Shown one piece after another: positions 34,501 to 44,519 of a DNA stretch of 64,000 bases. This DNA comes from Spizellomyces punctatus DAOM BR117 (Eukaryota), in the NCBI GenBank assembly GCA_000182565.2, contig KQ257454.1; one strand, 5' to 3'. Numbering within the stretch: the first letter of the stretch is position 1; each line of letters opens with the position of its first letter. The position numbers and the translations under genes were made by a program. Under the pieces are notes generated by a model that worked only from the letters and a program-made list of their open reading frames with translations, had not been told where the DNA came from and made no database searches.

Positions 34501-37500
34501 AGCATCCTACACCCAAGAGCGCATGTGGGCAGCGCAGATAGCCCACGGCGACAATGCCTATCACTTGGCCAAGCTGGTTGTCGTGGAATCCCTGTTGGAT
34601 TGCGAGCTCCTCGTCAAAGCGATGGAGGCTGCCTGCCGGAGACACACCATCATGCGGACGACTTACAAGCTAAATTCTGATTTTTCGGAACTAGTGCAGG
34701 TCATCAGGAGGAATCTGCCTCTTAACTTTGAGATCGTTGACCTGGCTCAATCTGCGGATGCCGTTGAGGAAATGAAATCTCAATGCCGAGCGGACAACCT
34801 GATTCTGTTTGACTTATCGACTGAAGCTCCAATCAGGTTCAGAGTGTTCAAACTAGGCCAAGCAACCGGTGTCTATCTCAACATTCATCACATTGCCGTG
34901 GACGAATGGGGGCTCAACCTTTTGCTCGATGAGGTGACTTTGATTTACCACCATTTGGTAGCAGGCCGATCGGTGAGCCTGGAGCCCGCCATGCAATTTG
35001 TACCTCTTACTTTGAGGCATCGCCAGCTTCTTGAGGCGAACAACAGAGAGCTCTGGAACACCCAGTCTCGCTTTGCTTCATATCATGTGAGATACCCACC
35101 ATTGATCTGTCGGAGAGTCAACGTCTGCCGGATGGCGGCAGGGGAACTGCTGTTTGGAGTGAAGAGGTGCCTTTGGACCAGGCAGCCACAAAGCGATTCC
35201 TGGAGCTCTGCTCAAACGCAGCGGTCTCTCCTTTCACTGCATATCTTTCCCTTTTCCAGACTCTTATTGCCAGGTATGTTATACGCTATCGCGGATTTCA
35301 TGTAACTCTTACTAAACGTAATCCTTGCCAGACAAACTGGGCAGTACGATTTTGGCGTCGTGACACCTGTGAGCCTCCGTAGCAATGTTCGAGAAAGCTT
35401 TACATCTGTCGGCTGCTTCATCAATACAGTCGTGGTCCGCGCCCAGCTTGAGGAACACGACTCGTTTAAGGATGTTTTGAAGAAAACAAGGGTGAACATT
35501 AACCGAGTCCTTGAAAACAGCGACATTCCATTCGAGACGGTCATGACCTCAAAAGGGATTTCACCATCGACCTTACAGCTCATGTTCGACTTCACTACCT
35601 CGAGTGGGCCTCAAAGCGAGCATAATATTATAGCTCGTGGAACGGAGCTGGATCTAGACAGTACTACCACCGCTCACTTTGCGTTTACCTTCAATGTCGA
35701 TGCCAGGGGCAGCCCTAAAACTCCGACATTGATATCCATACAGTACGATGGCAAATTTTTTGAAGCGCAATTAGTGGAAAAGATGTTGGGAGACTACGCG
35801 AAGCTGCTCGACGTGGTAACCTCTAGTCCAGACGACCGAATTGCCACGCTCAACCAGTGCGAGGGTGAGGAGAACCTGATTCTGCGGGGTCCAGTCGCGC
35901 CATTGCCGTACGATTGTATCCACCACGGCTTTGAACTGGCGGCTGTTTCTCATTCCCAGCGGATCGCCATACAGCACGGCGATCGCAACCTAAAGTACCG
36001 AGAGCTGGACAAGAAAGCGAATGCTGTGGCCTGTCGGTTGCGCGCATTTGGAGTCCAACCAGGCATCTACGTGGCAATAGTAGTGCACAGATCCATTGAG
36101 ATGGCAGTGGCACTGCTTGCAACCTTGAAGGCTGGCGGAGTGTGTGTGCCTATCAGCGCCGACTTCCCCACGGATCGCATCAAGTATATTTTGCAGACGG
36201 TCTCGACCAGGATCGTGTTGACTACGAGGGACGCTTATGACATTGTTCCGTCGCTGGATGCAACGACGTCATGCCATTTGATTGAAGATTTGGCATCCCA
36301 GAATGAAATGGATGAGAAACCAGACGACCTTAGTACTGGAAATACCATTGCGTACTGTATTTTTACGTGAGTACATGAATGGCTATCTCCGAAGTCGCTG
36401 AACTCGCCAATAAGTAGCTTTCATATTCCCATCATTAGGTCGGGAACAACTGGAACACCCAAAGGAGTCATGGTGCCTCATAAGGGAATTGTCAATAACA
36501 TCCTGCACCACCCATTCACGTGCCATTGCAAGCCCGGAGTTAAAGTTGCACAAATGCTGGGAATTTCATTCGACGGCGCACTGCAAGAACTGTACGGAAC
36601 ATGGTTCACGGGGGCCACATTGGTACTTCGCGAGGAAGACATCTTCAAGACTCTCAGAAACGTGGAGTGCATAAACTTGACTCCAACGGGAATCATGCAG
36701 ATGGAGCCAAGCGAGTTTCCCAACCTCAAGGTGGTCCTGGCTATTGGAGAAGCTTGTCCGGACTCGCTTGTGAAGAAGTGGGGTAATCACGTCAATTTCT
36801 ACGTCGACTATGGGGCGGTAGGTTTTTTGGGAGATCATCCAGTAAACCGTATCGTGGTCTCACCTGGACCGCTTTTCAAATATCTTTTAGACCGAGACTT
36901 CCGTTACCACCTCCTGCACACCACCTTTGAAACCCGGGATTCATATCGGTATTGGCAAACCTTTCGCCAATAATTCTTATTACGTGCTTGACAAGAAGCT
37001 GAGACACGTACCAGTGGGCGGGAAGGGACAGATACACGTTGGAGGCATCGGAGTGTCACTGGGCTACATCAACAACCCGGAACTTACGGCATGCAAGTTC
37101 TTGCGGGATCCCTTCAGCAAGACCGGAGGGAGGATGTATGCTACCGGAGACATGGTGCGAAGACTTGCGAATGGGGAACTCGAGTTTGCCGGTAGAGTGG
37201 ACGATCAAATCAAACTTGGAGGCTACCGGGTGGAGCTCAACGAAGTCACCTCGGCACTTCTACGAACGCCGGACGTTGGCCTGGCCGCTGCAATTGTCCA
37301 CGAAAGTGTTCTGATTGCATTCGTTAGCCCGTCCACAGTGAACTTGGACGGTCTCAAGAAGAGCATAGAAAAGTTCCTTCCACCGTACATGATTCCGGGG
37401 AAATTTGTTGCTATCGATGAATTCCCACGCACGTTTAACGGCAAAGCCGACGTGAGACGCTTGCGCGAGGAACTCAAGAACCAGCAATCCAGCACGTTTG

Positions 37501-38739
37501 ATTCCGTCATGACGAACACGTTGAGAGATTTTCGACAGCAGCTGCTCGCGCAAATCTGGTCGACGATACTCAAGGTCGACATGGATCGCATTAGGCCTGA
37601 AACTTCCTTCTTTGAGTTGGGCGGTAACTCAATGTCTGCGGTTCGGATGATACTAGCAGCCGGTCAGCAGGGTATCAAATTGACTCTCGCGGACGTGTAC
37701 CAGAAACCCACACTGGCAGCACTCGCACCTGACTCGATTGGAGCGAAGGCAGCAACTCAGCTGTTGAACAGCGGTCCCTCGAGATCAACTCCAAAAAAGA
37801 TCTCATCATCGGTGACAGCAATCCCGTCCAGCTACACGACGCAATTAGAACAGCCTCATAAGAAACCCGAACCAAACGTTCTAACCAGAGCGTCGCCCGG
37901 CGCAAAGAAACTGCGTGTCTTGTGCTTGCATGGCTCGGAAACGAGTGGGAAAATCTTATCCCTTCAATTGCAAGCCCTTCAACAGAAACTGCAAGACCAA
38001 GTCCAGTTCTACTTTGTCGATGGACCACGGAAACAGTACACGTCCTGTAAGTGTGGGAACACCAAAAAAGGTCAATGGCTACCTACTGACTCTGTCTCTC
38101 TTTTTCCCTCCAGATATTTCAAAGTACTTTGATGGCCCCTACTTCCGCTGGCTGCCAGCTTCCTCATATGATGTCGGCGAACGCAGCGCCATGGCGGCCG
38201 TGAACCACCTCATAAACAAGATGGACGCGATCGGAGGGCAATTTGACGGAATTTTAGGATTCTCGGAAGGAGCCAGCATTGTGGAGCTGGTAGATCGTCT
38301 GAGCACACAAGGACGCATTGCCCGAAAATGGAATTTCAGTGTCTTGATCAGTGCATGTACCGTGAAGGTTTCTTCTCCTGGTGCCTCATCATGGCTTCGA
38401 CGTCCTTTTGAAGGAGGATACCTGCGCCTTCCCTCCGTCCACGTTATTAGCTCCAAGGACTACCTGTTCCGAAAAAGCATGAAAGTCGAATGTCGCTACG
38501 AACCAGAGCTACGACATGTGGTCACGCATGACAGCGGACATCAGATCCCTCAAACACCCGGATTCATCAAGCAGTTGGCTGACCGGATTCTAGATGCAGC
38601 TGCGTTGGCTGAAGATCTCTCCTTAGCCTTCCCAACTCACAAAATAGACGACGAGTTCGAGTTTGTGAAGAGGAGCAAGGCAAAGGGCGGGTGGTTGCGG
38701 ACAATACGCCGTGCTATCAAGAATTCAATGATCTCTTGA
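19573..38739 (+). CDS. Five-module NRPS: C(half)-A1-T1-E-C-A2-T2-C-A3-T3-C-A4-T4a-T4b-C-A5-T5-FSH1 hydrolase; ~19 introns, one apparent frameshift at ~35055-35090
   Basis: Five (Y/F)TSG(T/S)TGxPKG A3 motifs. T serines: GGDS (~22354, ~27291), GLNS (~30643), GLDS (~34064), GLES (~34306), GGNS (~37619). E domain HHLVMDLVSW...EGHGRE...RTLGWFTT. C domains HHSIIDQ, HHALYDG, HHIIADE and HHIAVDE. GT-AG introns join all ORF-track pieces in frame except at ~35.07 kb. Confidence 0.96.
37911..38600 (+). other. C-terminal FSH1/DUF341 (LovG-like) serine hydrolase domain of the NRPS
   Basis: LRVLCLHGSETSGKIL...YFVDGP...FDGPYFRW...FDGILGFSEGA...LPSVHVISSKD...HDSGHQIP gives a Ser/Asp/His triad. It is in frame with T5 in ORF 36927..38132 through a Ser/Thr/Pro-rich linker. 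Confidence 0.88.
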
Positions 38740-38990
38740 ATAGAAGTAACAGATGAAAAGCAATCCTCATAGAGAGTTATTGTAGAATACATAGTAGGAG
38801 TAGAAGATGATGCCTCATCATTATGTCACTTTGTACATGATTTTTTGATTTTCACTTAATCACATCCCCAAAAAGCCATCCATTTCCACGACTAGCGAGA
38901 TTATTTTAGACAAAAGATGCAGACGAAATAGATCCTGAAGCCATCAATTGGTATAAGGAAAGGCGACACCAACCGAACGACGTGTGTTCT

Positions 38991-39679
38991 GACAAGCTTG
39001 TAGCGCGGATTCAGGGCTTTCTAGAACCACTTTGGTCTTGTCAATATGTTAATAATTCGCTAACTTTTTCAATTTACCATCCCATGACATTTCCGATGAA
39101 ATCAATCAGCTAATTCCAACAGTCACCACTTGAACAAATATTCTGTCTTTAAAACACGTGTTGGATCATTAGTACTGTATAGCGCCGACAAATCAGATGT
39201 GTTTATCGCGCCCCAAACAAGTCCACTGGCAAAGACTATCGAACAAGTCAACAAATGAAAGGGCAGATGAGAATATGATGACTACGTCACTTTTGAAGTC
39301 CATGGGCTGAAAATGACATTCTATTCAGATACAATACAAGGGCTGGCGAAAGAACTATTATGCTGCCACATTAGTTGAGCTTGGTTGGTATGTACCCAAT
39401 GGCATTTCTTTTCATTCTGTCATTCATCTCGCTGACATGCAGTCTTTTTAGTCTCCAAGCCTTGTCACTGAACATCCTCTGGCTTGTGACGCTGCCCAGT
39501 CGATTCGCTCCTGGATGCAAGAGTCTGGCTTGAATGCTCCGGATCAAGGCCCAGTAGGGACCGTGTGGTGGTGGGCAATTATCCGGTTAGAACCAACCGT
39601 TACGTATTGCGTGTATAACTGCCTACAAGTAGTTAGTTAGCTTTTCCGGACCGGTTGTCGCCGGTTTATCCCTGGTGTA
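38991..39679 (+). repeat. Copy 1 of a ~0.6-0.7 kb gene-like repeated unit (degenerate)
   Basis: Matches 39739-40357 over blocks GACAAGCTTG...AATTCCAACAGTC and CTATTATGCTGCCACAT...CCCTGGTGTA. Confidence 0.85.
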
Positions 39680-39738
39680 GTAGCTAGTGCCAGTTTCTGT
39701 CACCTCTACACTAAGACAACTACCTAAGAAAGTGTTTT

Positions 39739-40357
39739 GACAAGCTTGCAGGGCTTTCTAGAACCGTTTTGCTCTTGTCGATAGGTTAATAGCTCGCCTA
39801 GTTATTCAAGTTACTGTCCCATGACAATCTCGATGAAATCGATCAATTAATTCCAACAGTCCCCTTCCCCCCATCTTGTTTCTTTATCCCTCGATGCAAG
39901 CATCTGCCCAATGCTCAAGCACTCTCTCAAGTCCATCATGAGAATTCTGCTCTGGTGCCGAGGACCTCATCCACCTGACAACAGTGATCAGAACCAGCTG
40001 CAACCAATTGGATAGGTTGACAAAGCTGCTATTATGCTGCCACATTTGTTGAGCTTGGTTGGTATATACCAACAGCATTTCTTTTCATTCTGTCATTCTG
40101 TCACTGACATGCAGTTTTTTTAGTCTCCAAGCACTTGTCACTGAAGATTCTCTGGCTTGTGACACTGCCCAGTCGATTCGCTCCTGGATGCAAGAGTCTG
40201 CTATCAAGAGTTCCAGACCAGAGCCTAGCAGGGACCGCGTGTGGTAGTGGACAATTATCCGGTTACAACCAACCGTTGCGTATTGCGTGTATAATTGCCA
40301 AGTAGTAGTTAGCTAGCTTTTCCGAACCGGTTGTCGCCGGTTCATTCCCCTGGTGTA
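39739..40357 (+). repeat. Copy 2 of the repeated unit (degenerate, in-frame stops)
   Basis: Tandem with copy 1. It also carries ATGAGAATTCTGCTCTGGTGCCGAGGACCTCATCCACCTGACAA, homologous to the start of the inverted copy at 41121. Confidence 0.85.
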
Positions 40358-40840
40358 CGAGGCGTTGACATTTGTTTTTGCCAATACACTACTGACAGTG
40401 CCATACGGTATCCTAAACTCAACGTCCCCCATAAATAAGCCGTGTCATGCTGTCGCCTTTGGATGCTGGATGCGAGACGAATGTACTGGGATCTCCTTGG
40501 CAATATACGCTACTATCCATTGTATCCAGTGACTTATGCATCCATTTATATTGAAAAGCACTTAGTGATAAGGTTTGGATGCTGGCGGTGACGATTTTTT
40601 TTTTTTTTCTGAAGAATGAACGGTCTACATTAGTGTGCAGGTGGTAGAAAATGTCACTAGGGACAAAATTCTCCCTCCAACCCACTACAGCCGGTTCTAA
40701 TTTACAATTAGCCAGCCTGTCCAACCCTTCATAACCTATCCTGCAAACGAGTCCCACCCCTATCCTAACTCGCTACAGGTTCCAGCCTGGGTTGAACTGG
40801 GGTACGTGCAAAGCAGCACGATTCCACTAACTAACTACCA

Positions 40841-41121
40841 CTAGGCCCAATTGCACATGCAATACATTACGGTTGTTTCTAACCGGGTAACTAAGCCCAC
40901 CACCACGAGAGAAATCCTACTAAGCCCTTTGATTCCGAAATTCTTCGTCCGAGGATGTTCAGATACTAATTAAACCAGAATTAGACTCGGAATATGCGTG
41001 GGAAAATACAAAGATAATGCATACCTGCGATCGTAGCAGTATAGTAGTAATAGTGTTTGCGAGGGGTTATGTTGTATTTGTCGGGCGGACGAGGTCCTCG
41101 ACACCAGAGCGGCATTCTCAT
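40841..41121 (-). CDS. Putative 73-aa two-exon microprotein (inverted, intact copy 3 of the repeated unit)
   Basis: TATA CTATAAAA at 41204-41197, ATG at 41121, intron GTATGC...CTAAT...TAG at 41024-40966, stop at 40843-40841. Product MRMPLWCRGPRPPDKYNITPRKHYYYYTATIAVSEHPRTKNFGIKGLSRISLVVVGLVTRLETTVMYCMCNWA. Confidence 0.45.
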
Positions 41122-41522
41122 GATGATGGACTGAGATATGTTGGGCAGATGCTTGCGAGTCGAGGATGGGTAAAGAGGAAAGAGGGAAGGCCCCCCTTTT
41201 ATAGACCTTTGGCATGCGCCACATCGCAGTTTAAAAAAAAAGTTACATTAGCATGCCACACCAATCTGAGTGATAGAGGGGGTGCTGATTATGCGATATG
41301 ATTAACCGGATTAATCCGGATAATAATGGGTCCTAGTGCCATTTGCAATCACCTCCACATTAATATTTCCAATGTCGCTAATACGGTAAGATCGGCTGAC
41401 TTTCGCTCATATCACGCTAGATTTTTTTAAGTTTCAACATATATGTGATCCGGCATTAAGTAACTGTTTTCCACCCTTCGACCGTGTCCTACTTCGTTGG
41501 TATTACTTGCCCAATGTAGCAC

Positions 41523-42920
41523 CTATGGGAGTGTCGCGCCATCCATGCTTATCGCTTGATTCCCATCCCCCTGCAATCCTCCAGTGCGAGCGGCTCCACC
41601 CTCCGCGTCCCACACCTCCATCTCCCTTTCCACTTGTCGAAGTTCTTCTCCCTTCGGCTCCCACGTCAGATCCCACTGGAACATTTCACCAAGCTTCATC
41701 TTTCTCTCCCTGCAAATCTCATAATAACTCGTCAGCAAAAACGGCTGCATGAGGCTCGGCATTGGATCGCGCCACGAAAATATCACATCCCGCGTAGTTG
41801 TTAATTTTGCGAGATGGCGAAGATACTGCTTCAGAGACACTCCTTCGTGCTGCCACATTACCATGCCGGGAAATAGCTGGCGTTTTGCTCCAATTTTGGC
41901 CAGCGTAAATGAAAATGATTCCAACGGAGAACTGGTATCCACTGCACTGGTGAGCGCGTTTACAAGCCCCTCGTTTTGCTTAAAGAGATGGATGCCAGAC
42001 GTGGCGCGCGGATTACATTCGATAGCAACAAGCCGCGAATCTGTCTCAATGAAGTCTAGCGCAATTTGTCCGGTATATCCCAGTTTCTGTATGAGAACCT
42101 CGACATACGACCGAATACCAGGATGATCGATGGATTTGAAGTAAACACAAGATGATCCATCCACGGTGTCCTGTACGGGATATATCGCAAGCGCGAGCAT
42201 CTTGCCGTCCCGCGCTACAGAGTACGTGCAAAATTGCTTTCCATAGATCCAGACCTGAGCAACGTAGTGATTATCGGGCCCTATGAGAATATTGTCGGGG
42301 AGTGGGTGGTTGGCCTTCAAATGGTAGAGGTTGGATTTGGCGCGGCCAAAGACGGGTTTCAATGCTAGGTCAGAACTACGATCGAGATTCTGTACATCCT
42401 CCACTGATCGACATAACCATGTTTCTGGAGCATCGAGATTGAATCGACGGAGAATTTTGTGAAAGTACCATTTGTTGTGTAGGCAAATAAGCATGTCGAA
42501 TGACGGAGCAAAGAGTTTACCGATGATTTCTGGGTTGCCCTTGCAGATCTGTGTCACATGGAATACCTCCTCGTGTAAAGGAACGATAAGGTCAATATTG
42601 GCCTCCACAATCGCTTTCTTTACGCCTTTGACGTAGCCTGCTGGGTCGACGTGAGGTGCAGGGACATGCCAGGATTTCTTGACGGCTCTCGAGAATTTGC
42701 AAACATGGTACTTCATGGGGTCCACAACGTAGACCTTATGGCCGCTGGCTTTGAGTTGACGGGCGAGGTCAAGGGACACTGGGAACCGGCCGTTTGTCAG
42801 CAGGATATTGAGCTTCCTTTTTGCTTGCTTGCTTGAGTGAAACCGTGGTACAAGTTGCTCTTGGGAATCAAGGGAAGCGTCGCCGTTGTGATTTTTGTCG
42901 TCTTTCGGACTATCTGGCAT
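41523..42920 (-). CDS. ATP-grasp carboxylate-amine ligase, bacterial-type (MysC-related superfamily), intronless
   Basis: NILLTNGRFPVSLDLARQL...FSRAVKK...VPAP...IDLIVPLHEE, LHNKWYF, ALKPVFGR, GQIALDFIE and AIECNPRATSG. Confidence 0.88.
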   Translation of the reverse strand: MPDSPKDDKNHNGDASLDSQEQLVPRFHSSKQAKRKLNILLTNGRFPVSLDLARQLKASGHKVYVVDPMKYHVCKFSRAVKKSWHVPAPHVDPAGYVKGVKKAIVEANIDLIVPLHEEVFHVTQICKGNPEIIGKLFAPSFDMLICLHNKWYFHKILRRFNLDAPETWLCRSVEDVQNLDRSSDLALKPVFGRAKSNLYHLKANHPLPDNILIGPDNHYVAQVWIYGKQFCTYSVARDGKMLALAIYPVQDTVDGSSCVYFKSIDHPGIRSYVEVLIQKLGYTGQIALDFIETDSRLVAIECNPRATSGIHLFKQNEGLVNALTSAVDTSSPLESFSFTLAKIGAKRQLFPGMVMWQHEGVSLKQYLRHLAKLTTTRDVIFSWRDPMPSLMQPFLLTSYYEICRERKMKLGEMFQWDLTWEPKGEELRQVEREMEVWDAEGGAARTGGLQGDGNQAISMDGATLP

Positions 42921-42991
42921 GGTTTGAGTAGGTTGGCAGGATTGGAGTAAGTGAGGAGAGCGAGAAGGAGAGCTGTTGACATTTATAAGAC

Positions 42992-44176
42992 ATGGTGCAA
43001 AAACGTGCAGTGTGGAAAACTGAATCCATTACGAAGCGTCATCCATCAATGACGGATGCGCTTACGTCATTCAGATCGACGCAGCCAAAGAAGGCCTCTT
43101 TTGCACGAGACCTTTTATTAACGAAATCCGCCCGAGCGGACGTGTACAGCCTGCACATGTTACGGCCTAGATGGGTTCTGCACCTGGAAGCATGGTGCTG
43201 GCGCTTCCTAACAGATATTGGTTTCTTCTTCCACCGTCGCGCATTGCCCCGCCCCATATCCCCATCGTTTAACCGAAGAATCAAATCCACCTTGTCTCCC
43301 CTAGAGGGCTACATCGACCTGGTCTTTTACACTCCCAATGACTACCATCTGCGATTCAATGGGTCGGACGATGTTACAAGATACCCTGTCCTAGTTAACT
43401 TCCATGGTGGTGGCTTCACCATTGGCCGCGCTACAGACGACAGTCGGTGGGCAACCACCGTGGTACAGAATCTGAACTGTATTGTCGTCAGCGTCGATTA
43501 TCGCTGCGCGCCAGAGGCCCCTTTTCCGACCGCAGTGGAAGATGGCGCAGATGCAATATTGTGGCTCCTTCTCAATGCCAAAGAGTTGAAACTGGATCCG
43601 TCCAAGTTGGCTGTTAGCGGGTTTTCCGCCGGTGGGAATCTGGCTTTCACAAGTCTCCTCCGCTTACAGGTCGAATTGATCCGTCGCAGAACTGACATGC
43701 CAGAACTCTCCTCGATCATTAAAGGGATCATTGCATGGTATCCCAGCACAGATTTCACTCGTCCACGTATCGAGCGCCGCAAAACCAACATCCGCCCGGA
43801 CAAGGAACTGCCTGCTTTCTTCACTAGACTATTTGACGCTAGCTACCTCTATCCCCCGAAAACAGTAGACGTGAGTGACCCTTATTTGTCTCCAGCTGCA
43901 GCCAGCGATGTCATTTTGCATGAAGGGTTACCCGCTACCGTAGTTATGTACACGTGCGAATGGGATGAGCTAAGGGACGAAGCAGAGAGATTTAAAGATC
44001 GACTTACGGCCCTGGGGAAATACGTAAGATACACAATGATCGAGGGAGTAGCGCATGCCTGGGACAAAAACCCGTTTGGTGTGAATGTCATTCGAGATCG
44101 CTATTATTCGGACGCGTGCGATCAACTAAGAAGGCTCTTCCATAGCACCTCAGACATTTCTGAATCAAAAGTGTAA
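42992..44176 (+). CDS. Alpha/beta-hydrolase fold-3 (HSL-family) esterase/lipase, intronless
   Basis: NFHGGGF, VDYRCAPEAPFPTAVEDG, GFSAGGNLA, CEWDEL and GVAHAWD. The true start may be Met at 43049. Confidence 0.92.
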   Translation: MVQKRAVWKTESITKRHPSMTDALTSFRSTQPKKASFARDLLLTKSARADVYSLHMLRPRWVLHLEAWCWRFLTDIGFFFHRRALPRPISPSFNRRIKSTLSPLEGYIDLVFYTPNDYHLRFNGSDDVTRYPVLVNFHGGGFTIGRATDDSRWATTVVQNLNCIVVSVDYRCAPEAPFPTAVEDGADAILWLLLNAKELKLDPSKLAVSGFSAGGNLAFTSLLRLQVELIRRRTDMPELSSIIKGIIAWYPSTDFTRPRIERRKTNIRPDKELPAFFTRLFDASYLYPPKTVDVSDPYLSPAAASDVILHEGLPATVVMYTCEWDELRDEAERFKDRLTALGKYVRYTMIEGVAHAWDKNPFGVNVIRDRYYSDACDQLRRLFHSTSDISESKV

Positions 44177-44446
44177 TAATCACATGTAGAATTGACTTGT
44201 GTGTAGAATATCTATGCTGTGTTCTGAGGCCTTTCATTTGGCCGTGATGCTCAATGACACACATCTAAGGCATTGGTGTACTAGATGACCATTACTCCTA
44301 CCCCGCTGTGAGAAAAGTGCAATAATCACACGTAGAATTGACTTGCGTGTAGAATATCTATGCTGTGTTCTGAGGCCTTCCTTTGGCCGTGATGCTCAAT
44401 GACACACATCTAAGGCATTGATGACCATTACTCCTACACCGCTGTG
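44167..44446 (+). repeat. ~140-bp tandem duplication of the esterase stop/3'UTR region
   Basis: AAAAGTG(T/C)AATAATCAC...CCGCTGTG at 44167-44310 and 44313-44446, with a few substitutions and an indel. Confidence 0.85.
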
Positions 44447-44519
44447 CCAAAATGCATGGCTGGTTGAAAGATCTGTGACTTTGAACAGCGTACACTTCGC
44501 CATTGGAGTTTGTCCGTGC

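Noticed and set aside
39358-39430. CxxC...HxxxxC reading (CHIC...HFFSFC) suggesting a LINE ORF2 zinc knuckle in the repeats
   Set aside because: The inverted third copy conserves a different frame (YYxAT), and the H...C part falls in an intron-like segment with branch point and acceptor. No RT sequence is nearby.
39645-39690. Hairpin ACCGG-N6-CCGGT followed by CTAG, resembling a Helitron 3' end; also considered as a ribozyme
   Set aside because: Copy 2 lacks the CTAG, and no hammerhead, twister or HDV core could be fitted.
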